Of a stretch of DNA of 64,000 nucleotides, positions 8,986-17,771 are shown in pieces (the first letter of the stretch is position 1; every line of letters begins with the position of its first letter). Made by a program: the position numbers and the translations under genes. Source of the DNA: an uncultured Candidatus Saccharibacteria bacterium (GTDB lineage Bacteria; Patescibacteriota; Saccharimonadia; Saccharimonadales; Saccharimonadaceae); the NCBI GenBank assembly GCA_937936045.1, contig CALGXC010000003.1, positions 6,097 through 70,096 on the forward strand, given 5' to 3'. The notes beneath the pieces are model-generated. The model saw nothing but the letters and a program-made list of their open reading frames with translations, had not been told where the DNA came from and ran no database searches.

Positions 8986-10629
8986 ATGAAACCACGCAAA
9001 CAGTCGATGGACGGATTTGTCGCCAAGCGACCACAGCGAACTTCGTTGGGGGAAATTACTAGCAAAAAAACGACTACGCTCGGGCATCCTCGTAGTAACG
9101 AAGATAGTCCGCAGGTGTCGAATAATGCGACAAGAAATATTCAGCAACCAACTTCTGCTAATAAATTAAAGCAGAATATTAGCGAATCGTTGGCGGCGAT
9201 TGATGAAAACACCAAGCCTTCCCATCGGCAGGAGCGCAAACAGAAGCGTAAGAAAAAGTTAATTACCAGGATTATTCTTGCAGTTATCGGAATTATTATT
9301 GCAATTGTGGCGGGCTGGCTGCTATTAAAATTATGGCAGACGATGAACTCGGTGTTCCATAACGGCGGAATCTTAGGACTATTTTCGCAGCAGAAGCTGA
9401 AAGAGGATGCTTATGGTCGAAGCAATGTGCTGATTTTAGGTACAACAGATGACGATCCGGACCATCCAGGTGCGACATTGACTGACTCGATGATGATTCT
9501 TAGCGTCAATCAGACAAAGAAAGACGCGTATATGTTTAGTATTCCGCGTGACTTGTACGTAAAATTTGGCATGGCATGTAATTCTGGCTACGCTGGTAAA
9601 ATCAATGAATATTTTGGCTGCGTGAATAACGGCGATAGCACACAGGCGGAAGCCGAACGAATGGATAAAACGAAGAAATTCATCGGCGATATATTCGGTA
9701 TGGATATTCAGTATGTGGCGCATATTAATACTGCGGTGATTCGTGATGCTGTCAATGCGGTCGGCGGAGTTACTGTTGACGTACAGAGTCGTGATCCGCG
9801 GGGAATCCTTGATCCAAGCATGGACTGGATGTGTCGAGCGAAGGAATTGAACTATCAGCAACGTCGCGAACGATGTCCAACGGGTCACTATATGCAATTA
9901 ACTAACGGCAAGCATGAAATGGACGGCGAAAAGGCGATGTGGTTCTCTCGAGCGCGTGGTTTGGTGGCGCCAACTTACGGATTGGAACAATCCAACTTTG
10001 ACCGAGAGAAAAACCAGCAATTGGTGCTTATGGCGCTGAAAAACAAGGCTACTTCCACGGGAACACTGACTGACTTTGGTAAGGTGACGTCTCTGATGGA
10101 TGCCATGGGTAAAAACTTGCGCACAAACATTGACACAAAAGAAATCCGCACAATTATGAACCTTGGCTCGGAGATAAAAGAATCTGATATTCACAGATTG
10201 AGTTTTGTAGAGGAAAACAACGTACTTATGACTACTGGCACGGCGGGTGGCGCAAGCATAGTTCAGCCAGCTGCGGGATTGTATGATTATGACGACATTC
10301 GCGCGTATATAAAGTCTGAGATTTACGCAACGCCGTTATCTAAGGAAAAAGCCACAGTTGCTGTCTTGAATGGTTCTGGTGTGGCTGGCGCAGCGCAGAA
10401 AGAAGCGGACAAATTGACAGAATTAGGAATGAAAGTTGTTCATGTCGGCAATGTTCCAGGTAATGAAAAAATAGGAAAGACTCAAGTTTATCAATTGCCA
10501 GCTGGTAAAGAAAAAACTGCCACAAAAGATAAATTTAAGGAGTTGTACGGCTCGGTTTCATCAGATTCCTCGAAGTATAATTTGAATGTTGATGCGCAAT
10601 TTATCGTTGTTGTGGGAACTGGCTCATAA
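8986..10629 (+). CDS. LytR-CpsA-Psr (LCP) family cell-wall glycopolymer transferase with LytR_C-like C-terminal domain
   Basis: LILGTTDD..TLTDSMMILSVN..FSIPRDLYV. TM helix. C-terminal VAVLNGSGVAGAA. Confidence 0.9.
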   Translation: MKPRKQSMDGFVAKRPQRTSLGEITSKKTTTLGHPRSNEDSPQVSNNATRNIQQPTSANKLKQNISESLAAIDENTKPSHRQERKQKRKKKLITRIILAVIGIIIAIVAGWLLLKLWQTMNSVFHNGGILGLFSQQKLKEDAYGRSNVLILGTTDDDPDHPGATLTDSMMILSVNQTKKDAYMFSIPRDLYVKFGMACNSGYAGKINEYFGCVNNGDSTQAEAERMDKTKKFIGDIFGMDIQYVAHINTAVIRDAVNAVGGVTVDVQSRDPRGILDPSMDWMCRAKELNYQQRRERCPTGHYMQLTNGKHEMDGEKAMWFSRARGLVAPTYGLEQSNFDREKNQQLVLMALKNKATSTGTLTDFGKVTSLMDAMGKNLRTNIDTKEIRTIMNLGSEIKESDIHRLSFVEENNVLMTTGTAGGASIVQPAAGLYDYDDIRAYIKSEIYATPLSKEKATVAVLNGSGVAGAAQKEADKLTELGMKVVHVGNVPGNEKIGKTQVYQLPAGKEKTATKDKFKELYGSVSSDSSKYNLNVDAQFIVVVGTGS

Positions 10630-10631
10630 TT

Positions 10632-10640
10632 TGGTATAAT
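10632..10640 (+). promoter_or_regulatory. extended -10 TGgTATAAT, 10 nt before ATG 10651
   Basis: Read directly. Confidence 0.5.
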
Positions 10641-10650
10641 AGGGTAAGTT

Positions 10651-11415
10651 ATGGAGTTACTGAAAACTGTTAAGCGAAGAACGTTTTGGAGCGAATTAGT
10701 TTACTATGTCTTAAATATTGGCTTGGCGGCTGCATTGCTTGTTATTGCTCAAGCGTTTCAGACCCCATTTCCAGCGTTAGCGCTTGTTGTGCTGAGCAAA
10801 TGGCGCATAATTGCCGTTCGTCCGCGTTTTTGGTGGGCAAACATCCAGGCTAACTTGGTTGACTTAACGGTCGGAATTGGTGTTGTCGGCCTGATGTATC
10901 TACCTACGTCAGTGTTTTATTTCCGCGTAGCCTTGGCGGTATTATATGCAATTTGGCTAGTTGTGATTAAGCCGATGTCTAAGCGCTGGCAGGTCGCCAT
11001 GCAGTCGTTGATCGCTATTTTTGTCGGCGTAACTGCTCTGATGGTGGTGTCATACGAGTGGCCAGTTTCTGTGGTTGTTATTCTGATGTTCTTGATTGGC
11101 TATAGTTCTGCGCGCCATTTCCTACACAGCTATGACGAAGAACAAACGGTTTTACTTTCGGCAATATGGGGACTTGTCTTTGCTGAGGTGGGTTGGCTGT
11201 CGTATTATTGGACTTATAGCTACGGAAAATCATTATTTGGCGGCGTTTCACAGGTTACAATAATCTTATTGCTATTCTCGCTTGTCGCCAGTAAGGCTTA
11301 CCAATCTTATAACAAACATAAAGCTATTCGATTTTCAGACATATCCGCTCCAGTGATTCTTACAATCGGAATTATCTTGGTGATGTTAGTGTTCTTAAAC
11401 TCTGTAGTGATTTAA
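10651..11415 (+). CDS. polytopic membrane protein, unknown function
   Basis: About 7 hydrophobic helices. No recognised motif. Confidence 0.75.
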   Translation: MELLKTVKRRTFWSELVYYVLNIGLAAALLVIAQAFQTPFPALALVVLSKWRIIAVRPRFWWANIQANLVDLTVGIGVVGLMYLPTSVFYFRVALAVLYAIWLVVIKPMSKRWQVAMQSLIAIFVGVTALMVVSYEWPVSVVVILMFLIGYSSARHFLHSYDEEQTVLLSAIWGLVFAEVGWLSYYWTYSYGKSLFGGVSQVTIILLLFSLVASKAYQSYNKHKAIRFSDISAPVILTIGIILVMLVFLNSVVI

Positions 11416-12236
11416 TCTTTAGCACTAGTAAGCCGCAGGACCAGGATGTAATTGAGAACTCTCTCTTTTACAAAACCATTTTTCATAGCTTCGTTAATTA
11501 TTCTATTGTGTTGCTGGGGGTCCGCCTCGATAAATAACAAACCTTCTGGAGTGAGACATCGTGGTGCTTGTGAGATCAATTGCAATATCAATTTCAATCC
11601 TTTGTCTTCGGCGAAAAGCGCAATATCTGGTTCGTATTGGAGTTCTGGAGATACGTCCCAATTCTTATCGACGTAAGGCAAATTGGCAAAAATGTAGTCG
11701 ACTGGTTTGAGCTGGCCATTAAGTAATGATTGCTGTTGAATATGGACGTCCACATTTAAGGCATTCGCATTTTTTTCTGCAATGTTTAAGGCTGGTTTGC
11801 TAATATCGGATAAAATTACCGACAAGTTGCTCCTCTCTAATTTGGCAGTAATTCCCAGACAGCCAGATCCTGTGCCAACGTCAATTAAAACTTTTTCGGC
11901 AATTTCACTGGCGGTCAGTTCTAAGAACAATGAAATTAGATCTTCAGATTCAGGGCGGGGAATTAAAACAGAGGGAGATACGGTGAATCTACGCCCGTAA
12001 AATTCTTTATAGCCCAGAATGTAGGCGATTGGCACGCGGTCTAATCTCAGATCTAGTCTGGCATTTGCGATGTCAAATCTCCTGGGGTCAATTTCTTCGT
12101 CCAGGTGAGCGTGTAGGTAAGTGCGGTTTTTTCGTAAAGTGTTGGCTAATATCAATTCGGCGTCTAATCTGGCGGACGGGATACTTTCTGCTTTTAGAGA
12201 TTTTGTGGCAATTTTTAGCCAGTCAGAGATAATCAT
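11412..12236 (-). CDS. prmC: release-factor glutamine N5-methyltransferase
   Basis: DVGTGSGCLG SAM motif and NLPYV (NPPY-type) motif. Confidence 0.9.
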   Translation of the reverse strand: MIISDWLKIATKSLKAESIPSARLDAELILANTLRKNRTYLHAHLDEEIDPRRFDIANARLDLRLDRVPIAYILGYKEFYGRRFTVSPSVLIPRPESEDLISLFLELTASEIAEKVLIDVGTGSGCLGITAKLERSNLSVILSDISKPALNIAEKNANALNVDVHIQQQSLLNGQLKPVDYIFANLPYVDKNWDVSPELQYEPDIALFAEDKGLKLILQLISQAPRCLTPEGLLFIEADPQQHNRIINEAMKNGFVKERVLNYILVLRLTSAKD

Positions 12237-12243
12237 AGGGCTA

Positions 12244-12252
12244 ATTATAACA
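12244..12252 (-). promoter_or_regulatory. extended -10 TGtTATAAT, 7 nt before prmC ATG
   Basis: Reverse complement of acaTTATAAT...; read directly. Confidence 0.5.
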
Positions 12253-12313
12253 TATATCTATGGAATGTAAAAAGTAAAACGCTTGCAAAAACTGAGAAAA
12301 ATGGTAAAAAGTA

Positions 12314-12342
12314 TTGACAAATCAAGAGAGAGAGAGTATTAT
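12314..12342 (+). promoter_or_regulatory. promoter TTGACA-17nt-TATTAT
   Basis: Consensus -35. It lies inside the long ORF-track reading 12283.., so the start is moved to 12379. Confidence 0.5.
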
Positions 12343-12378
12343 AGGCTTCATACCATTAGCGAAAGGAATGAACATATA

Positions 12379-12975
12379 ATGGAATTGCCAAATAATACTC
12401 ATAACAGCGAAGCTGCAAAGCAAATGGGGTTTGCAGAAGGATTTAATCCTGAACTGACTACTGAAGAAAAAATACGGGCGGCAGCAGAATTTGAGGGTCT
12501 GGTTCTATCGACGTTTCTTAGATTCGCGGGAGATGCGAAAACTTATGACCATACTGTACTAGAAGATGGGATAGAGTCGAGTATTCTTTTAGAAATTCCT
12601 CAAAAAGACGGATCTAGTGTATTAGCCGAAGTGGAGTCCGCTACGCTTGATAATGGAGATGAAGAACGATCCGTACGAATTATTGAGTTGGATGGGGGAG
12701 ATAAAGAGAGGCATCATTATTATATAGAAGATGATCAGGTTTTAAGGTATGATGACAATCTTGCTGAGCGCTCGCGAAAGTTAATGGGAGAGATGCGCCC
12801 CGAAGAAAATATCAGTATTGAGGGCATAAAGCGTGCGCTCGATATGTGTAGAAATGAAGTAGAGAATGATAAATTAGAGCAACAAATGGGGCTGAATCGT
12901 CAACCAGTCGGTGTGGACGAAATAAGTAAGTTGGCAAAACTATTGGAGTCTGCTGAGCCGCGTAAGCCGTACTAA
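12379..12975 (+). CDS. acidic hypothetical protein (198 aa)
   Basis: ATG after GAAAGGAA SD, downstream of the predicted promoter. No recognised motif. Confidence 0.6.
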   Translation: MELPNNTHNSEAAKQMGFAEGFNPELTTEEKIRAAAEFEGLVLSTFLRFAGDAKTYDHTVLEDGIESSILLEIPQKDGSSVLAEVESATLDNGDEERSVRIIELDGGDKERHHYYIEDDQVLRYDDNLAERSRKLMGEMRPEENISIEGIKRALDMCRNEVENDKLEQQMGLNRQPVGVDEISKLAKLLESAEPRKPY

Positions 12976-14042
12976 TTACTAGCATTCTGAGCTTTCAGCT
13001 CACGCTCATATCTCTGTAGATTTTCAATCAAATCGTCGATATCCCCGTTCATTGCAGCGGGGATATTGCTGCGGCTGTAGTGAATGCGGTGGTCGGTGAT
13101 TCGGTCTTGCGGGAAGTTGTACGTTCGGATTTTTTCCGAGCGGTCGCCAGTTCCAACCAACGAGCGTCGCTCGGCGCTTAATTTGGCGTTTTCCTCGTCA
13201 ATTTTCATCTGTAACAATCGCGAACGAAGCACGCTCATAGCTTTCTCGCGGTTTTTAATTTGCGATTTTTCGTCTTGGTTTGTAACTATCATTCCAGTCG
13301 GCAAGTGGGTGATTCGCACTGCTGAATCTGTCGTGTTCACACTTTGACCGCCGTGTCCACTGGAGCGATAAATGTCAACTCGCAAATCGTTCGGGTTTAT
13401 CTCAATGTCAGCCTCTTCTGCTTCTGGCAAAACTGCCACCGTTACAGTTGAAGTGTGGACGCGACCTTGGCTTTCAGTTACTGGAACTCGTTGAACTCGG
13501 TGTACGCCACCTTCGAACTTCAATTTAGAGTATGGCGCATCACCCTTGATCATGAAAATAACTTCTTTATAGCCGCCAGAATCGTTGGCTGATTCGCTAA
13601 TTAGTTCTACTTTATAGCCGTTAGATTCGCACCAACGTAAATACATGCGGTATAGTTCCGCCGCAAACAATGACGCTTCATCACCGCCAGCGCCAGCGCG
13701 GATTTCCATTATGATATTCTTTTCATCATTAGGATCTTTGGGCGTGAGTAGGATGAATAATTCTTCTTCTAATTCGGTCAATCGAGCTTCAGTTTCGGTA
13801 ATTTCAAGTTTCGCCAGAGCGGCCAATTCACCGCCTTCGTTAGCTAATTTTTTGGCCTCTACTAAGTTTTTTTCTAGGTTTTCTCGCTCTTCACCTTTGG
13901 AAATAAGCGTCTCTAATTCTGAAAATCGTTTATTTTTTACCGTAAAATCTGGTGAGCTGTAAGCGTCAGGTTGCGCTAAAAAATTGCTCAAATCAGCTCG
14001 TTCATTTTTCAGAGAATCCATATCTAAAGAAATCTTCGCCAT
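12972..14042 (-). CDS. prfA: peptide chain release factor 1
   Basis: GGQ ([11 protein letters not shown]) and the PVT tripeptide of RF1. Confidence 0.97.
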   Translation of the reverse strand: MAKISLDMDSLKNERADLSNFLAQPDAYSSPDFTVKNKRFSELETLISKGEERENLEKNLVEAKKLANEGGELAALAKLEITETEARLTELEEELFILLTPKDPNDEKNIIMEIRAGAGGDEASLFAAELYRMYLRWCESNGYKVELISESANDSGGYKEVIFMIKGDAPYSKLKFEGGVHRVQRVPVTESQGRVHTSTVTVAVLPEAEEADIEINPNDLRVDIYRSSGHGGQSVNTTDSAVRITHLPTGMIVTNQDEKSQIKNREKAMSVLRSRLLQMKIDEENAKLSAERRSLVGTGDRSEKIRTYNFPQDRITDHRIHYSRSNIPAAMNGDIDDLIENLQRYERELKAQNASN

Positions 14043-14051
14043 ATCTATAAA

Positions 14052-14060
14052 ATTATATCA
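14052..14060 (-). promoter_or_regulatory. extended -10 TGaTATAAT, 9 nt before prfA ATG
   Basis: Read directly on the minus strand. Confidence 0.5.
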
Positions 14061-14064
14061 TACA

Positions 14065-14093
14065 TTGACAAATGTCTTTAAGTATTGTATTAT
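14065..14093 (+). promoter_or_regulatory. promoter TTGACA-17nt-TATTAT, 9 nt before ATG 14103
   Basis: Read directly. It covers the ORF-track TTG start at 14085. Confidence 0.5.
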
Positions 14094-14102
14094 ATAGACA
14101 TA

Positions 14103-14462
14103 ATGAGAGAATGCAAGATTGATTCGCGTGATTTGGCTTACAAAAATACTGATAAGTTGGCGCTTTGCGATGTTGGAAAGTCGCCTGAACTGGTGCAATG
14201 TATTGAAGATCTTCCAGAGGATATACTAGCAAACGATCCGAGAGTTGATTTGATTGTGAAGAGTTTGTTTGATATTGATACTCATCCAATAGAGAAGCCA
14301 GTTTCATTATACGATTTGAATGAATTAATTAAAGGTAATATTGCCGGTGAAACGAAAATATCTATATATGAGGGTGAGTGGCCTGACATGAGAGCGATTC
14401 CGGAATCTGATATTCCGTTGCCGGTTGAACTATTTGTGGCTGCACCGATGATTAAAGATTAG
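14103..14462 (+). CDS. hypothetical protein, ends at a TAG that is in frame with the next ORF
   Basis: ORF after the promoter. No recognised motif. Confidence 0.5.
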   Translation: MRECKIDSRDLAYKNTDKLALCDVGKSPELVQCIEDLPEDILANDPRVDLIVKSLFDIDTHPIEKPVSLYDLNELIKGNIAGETKISIYEGEWPDMRAIPESDIPLPVELFVAAPMIKD

Positions 14463-14474
14463 CAAGAAGGGCGA

Positions 14475-14702
14475 GTGTCGGAATCGAAAGGCGGAAAAAG
14501 TAGCCGCGATATTATTAGACAATACGCAGAAATGGATCCGAAGACTAGCCCTTCAATACGCAAAGTAGATATTGTCGTGGATTCTGATGGCGGAGTATTT
14601 TTGGCTCTACAAGGTGACGGCGCTCACCGCTTATGTGCTGCAAAGATGCGGGGAGACCGTGAAATATTATGTCGCGGGATAAGCGTTGTCAGATTGAACT
14701 AG
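14475..14702 (+). CDS. small ParB/sulfiredoxin-like domain protein (DGAHR motif)
   Basis: VFLALQGDGAHRLCAAKMRGD resembles the ParB N-terminal/Srx DGxHR core. GTG start in the same frame as 14103..14462. Confidence 0.45.
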   Translation: MSESKGGKSSRDIIRQYAEMDPKTSPSIRKVDIVVDSDGGVFLALQGDGAHRLCAAKMRGDREILCRGISVVRLN

Positions 14703-14710
14703 CGTAAAAT

Positions 14711-14738
14711 AAAACCGCCCAGTGATTGAGCGGGTTTT
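14711..14738. terminator. bidirectional hairpin terminator (serves rpmE best)
   Basis: AAAACCGC...GCGGGTTTT. The minus-strand reading is followed by TTTTATTTT. Confidence 0.6.
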
Positions 14739-14762
14739 GAATTATCGGACTAATTTGTTGGA

Positions 14763-15107
14763 TTATTTAGTCTTTTTGTCTGATTTTGGAGAATCAGTTT
14801 TAGCTGCTTTTTTAGCGTTAGCTTTCTTTGCTTTGTTGGCTAAAGCTACTTTACGAGCTTCAGCGGCTGCTTGACGAGCCTTAAAGCGATCAACACGACC
14901 TTCGGTGTCGATAATCTTTTCTTCACCAGTAAAGAATGGGTGTGAAGCTGATGAAATGTGAACCTTAACTAATGGATATTCGTTGCCGTCTTCCCATTTG
15001 ATGGTTTCGGTTGTTTGCGCTGTTGACTGAGTCAAGAACGCGAAGCCCGCTTGTTCGTCGCTAAATACGACAGGGCGATAGTTCTGTGGGTGAATACTGC
15101 TTTTCAT
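14763..15107 (-). CDS. rpmE: 50S ribosomal protein L31, Cys-less type B, with Lys/Ala-rich C-terminal tail
   Basis: [10 protein letters not shown]...HPFFTG. No CxxC. About 35 extra basic residues at the C-terminus. Confidence 0.92.
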   Translation of the reverse strand: MKSSIHPQNYRPVVFSDEQAGFAFLTQSTAQTTETIKWEDGNEYPLVKVHISSASHPFFTGEEKIIDTEGRVDRFKARQAAAEARKVALANKAKKANAKKAAKTDSPKSDKKTK

Positions 15108-15200
15108 AACTGTTCAATTGTACATGATTTATCAGAAGATGTCAAAAGTCTGCAATCTTAACTTTGCTATTTTGACAAAATTATTATATAAAATAAAAGT

Positions 15201-16187
15201 ATGATTGAGTTGCCAGTTAGTCCTGATGCTTTGAGTGAGTTAAGTCCAGTGGCGCCGCCAAAGTTATTATCGCAGGCTCAAGACGCTAGCCGAAATAATC
15301 TTATGGTCTATGTAAAAGCGGATAATTATCTGGGCACGGAAACGAGCGACCCTCCATTTATGGAAAGTCGATGTGAAACGACTGAATACGAAGAGATAAA
15401 TGATTTTGTGCAATTTATAGAGATGACAAAGCATTATTTACCTGATTACATGGAGTATTGCGCTAAAGAATTAATAGATGAATTGGCGTTTTTGGGCATG
15501 CCGGAACTAAATTTCGCAGCAAACGCGTTAGCGAAAAGGCTGAGATATCATTTGGAGGTTGATAATAAGCCGGTCTATATTGACGTAGGAAATTCGCTAA
15601 GTCAGTGTCGTGTTAAAAACGAGATGAAAAGTAGTCAGTATATTTTAAGTCTGGTCTTATCTAAATTTCCAGACGATGAATTCGAAGAATACAAAGGTAG
15701 ATTGAAAGTGTATGGCGGCAGGGGTGAGATTGGTAAGAGTTCTAAGATTTTATTTCTCGATGATTGGATTATTAGCGGTGATCAAGTAAAGAAGCGAATT
15801 GCAGGATTTGGAGTAGATAATGATCCTGAGAGTCATGAGGCAAGTGTTTTGGTTATGGCAGCTAGTAGTAACTACATTGATAATGGTATAGGTGCGGACT
15901 CTCTGTGGGGGGAGGCGACATATCCTGTAGAGGCTTACTACAGACTCAAAAATGACCATAATGATTGGGGTGTGAGTAGAGTAACAGGTATACATTCTTC
16001 GACTGATAGCGCATTTGGCTGTGAGGTTGATGATATAGCTTATCGTGCTATCGATGGGGGGATTCTCAAGGGGGAGAGAATTGATAGGTTAACTTTACCT
16101 GCGTTGGTAAATATAGTACGACCATATCGAAATGGTGAAGATTTTGATGGTTTATCGCGATTTAGACAATTGCTAAAAAGAGAGTGA
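15201..16187 (+). CDS. hypothetical protein with type I phosphoribosyltransferase-like core
   Basis: KILFLDDWIISGDQV resembles the PRPP-binding loop (hhhhDDxxxSGxx), followed by the strand ASVLVMAAS. Otherwise unrecognised. Confidence 0.65.
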   Translation: MIELPVSPDALSELSPVAPPKLLSQAQDASRNNLMVYVKADNYLGTETSDPPFMESRCETTEYEEINDFVQFIEMTKHYLPDYMEYCAKELIDELAFLGMPELNFAANALAKRLRYHLEVDNKPVYIDVGNSLSQCRVKNEMKSSQYILSLVLSKFPDDEFEEYKGRLKVYGGRGEIGKSSKILFLDDWIISGDQVKKRIAGFGVDNDPESHEASVLVMAASSNYIDNGIGADSLWGEATYPVEAYYRLKNDHNDWGVSRVTGIHSSTDSAFGCEVDDIAYRAIDGGILKGERIDRLTLPALVNIVRPYRNGEDFDGLSRFRQLLKRE

Positions 16188-16210
16188 TATTTGCAGATTT
16201 ATTGATTATT

Positions 16211-16219
16211 TGATATAAT
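16211..16219 (+). promoter_or_regulatory. extended -10 TGaTATAAT for rpsB-tsf (about 70-nt leader)
   Basis: Read directly. Confidence 0.5.
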
Positions 16220-16296
16220 TGCCAGGTAACTAATTTTAATGACACAATCCGTTTCACACTCCAAATCGTGGGCGGATGAGGCAAAAGGAGAAGAGA

Positions 16297-17025
16297 ATGT
16301 CTGTAAAGGTAGACATTAAGGCTTTGCTGGAGTCGGGTGTTCATTTTGGACACAAAACCAGCCGCTGGCACCCAAAGATGGCGCCATATATTCACAGTAA
16401 GCGTCAGGATAGTCACATTATTGACTTGACTAAGACTGTTGAAGCTTTGGATAAGGCTTTGCCGGAATTGACAAAGATTGCTGCATCAGGCCGCAAGGTC
16501 CTGTTTGTTGGTACCAAAAAACAAGCCAAAGACGTTGTTCGTGAAGCAGCTGAAAAAATCAACCAGCCATACGTAGTTGAGCGCTGGATTGGTGGTATGT
16601 TGACTAACGGTTCAACTATTGCTCAACAAATTAAGAAGTTGAAGAATCTTGAAAAGCGAATGGCTTCAGGTGACTTGGAAAAGCGTTATAACAAGCTTGA
16701 AGTGCAGCGTTTCCAGGAGGAAATCGACAGCTTGAATATGAAATATGGCGGCATCAAGGATTTGATGGGCAAGCCAGGCGCTGTTGTTGTGGTCGACGCA
16801 TTGACCGACGCAAATGCAGTTCGTGAGGCTCAAACTTTGGGCGTGCCAGTATTTGCAATTGTCGACACCAACGTTAATCCAACAGGAATTGATTACGTAA
16901 TTCCAGGTAATGACGACGCTGTTAAGGGCATTCAATTGCTATTAGACTACTTCACTGCGGCTGTTGCTGAAGGTGCAGGTAGTGTAAAGGCTGAAGAAAA
17001 ACCAGCTAAAAAAGAGGAGAAATAG
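16297..17025 (+). CDS. rpsB: 30S ribosomal protein S2
   Basis: GVHFGHKTSRWHPKM. Start set at MSVKV after AAAGGAG. Confidence 0.95.
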   Translation: MSVKVDIKALLESGVHFGHKTSRWHPKMAPYIHSKRQDSHIIDLTKTVEALDKALPELTKIAASGRKVLFVGTKKQAKDVVREAAEKINQPYVVERWIGGMLTNGSTIAQQIKKLKNLEKRMASGDLEKRYNKLEVQRFQEEIDSLNMKYGGIKDLMGKPGAVVVVDALTDANAVREAQTLGVPVFAIVDTNVNPTGIDYVIPGNDDAVKGIQLLLDYFTAAVAEGAGSVKAEEKPAKKEEK

Positions 17026-17026
17026 G

Positions 17027-17623
17027 ATGGGCGTTTCTGTTGACGATATCAAAAAATTGCGTGAATTGACTGGCGTAGGCTTGACTGACGCTAAAAAAGC
17101 TTTGGTTGAAGCTGAGGGCGATTTCGATAAAGCCTTGGAAGCTATGCGCAAAAAAGGCTTGACAAAAGCTGAAAAGAAGGGTGATCGTGAAGCCCGTGAA
17201 GGTTTGATCGAGAGCTACGTTCACTCTGGCCGAATTGGCGTTATCGTTGAGGTAAACTGCGAAACCGACTTCGTGGCTCGACTTGACGACTTTAAGACGT
17301 TGGCGCACGAAGTTGCTATGCAGATTGCAGCGATGAGCCCAAAGTATGTTTCTGAAGCTGACATTCCAGCAGAGGAAATGGAGCGCGTTAAGGCTGAGCT
17401 TATGGCGAGCGAATCTTTGGCAAGCAAGCCTGAAGAAATGCGCGAAAAGATCGTTGAAGGTCAATTGAAGAAGCATTTTGCTGAACAGGTTCTTATGAGC
17501 CAGGCGTACATTTTGGACGACTCTAAGACTGTTGAGCAGCACGTTAAGGAAGCGATTGCGAAATTAGGTGAGAACATCGTTATTCGTCAATTCAAGCGAA
17601 TTGAGCTGGGTGTAAGCGAATAG
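17027..17623 (+). CDS. tsf: elongation factor Ts (short form, 198 aa)
   Basis: N-terminal UBA-like LRELTGVGLTDAKKAL; VEVNCETDFVAR. Confidence 0.95.
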   Translation: MGVSVDDIKKLRELTGVGLTDAKKALVEAEGDFDKALEAMRKKGLTKAEKKGDREAREGLIESYVHSGRIGVIVEVNCETDFVARLDDFKTLAHEVAMQIAAMSPKYVSEADIPAEEMERVKAELMASESLASKPEEMREKIVEGQLKKHFAEQVLMSQAYILDDSKTVEQHVKEAIAKLGENIVIRQFKRIELGVSE

Positions 17624-17643
17624 ATTTTCACACAGAGAAGAAG

Positions 17644-17671
17644 TCGGCCGTAGTAATGCGGTCGATTTTTT
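17644..17671 (+). terminator. rho-independent terminator
   Basis: TCGGCCG/CGGTCGA stem, then TTTTTT. Confidence 0.7.
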
Positions 17672-17698
17672 ATTTTGTCAATATTTATCATAAGCATA

Positions 17699-17727
17699 TT
17701 GACAATATCGCAAATATGTGCTAGTAT
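17699..17727 (+). promoter_or_regulatory. promoter TTGACA-17nt-TAGTAT (TGc-extended)
   Basis: Consensus -35 and the same TGCTAGTAT -10 as at 3791. Confidence 0.6.
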
Positions 17728-17771
17728 GGTTACATATCAAAAAATGATAGTAAAAACAAAAAAGGAAAGAT

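Noticed and set aside
8945-9034. N-terminal extension of lepB; similar over-long starts at 38756 (secA), 58008 (glyQS), 62526 (yvcK), 16276 (rpsB), 12283, 14085, 3771, 50262
   Set aside because: Each extension overlaps a neighbouring gene or a predicted promoter. An internal start with an SD, or with leaderless -10 spacing, fits the conserved N-terminus of the family.
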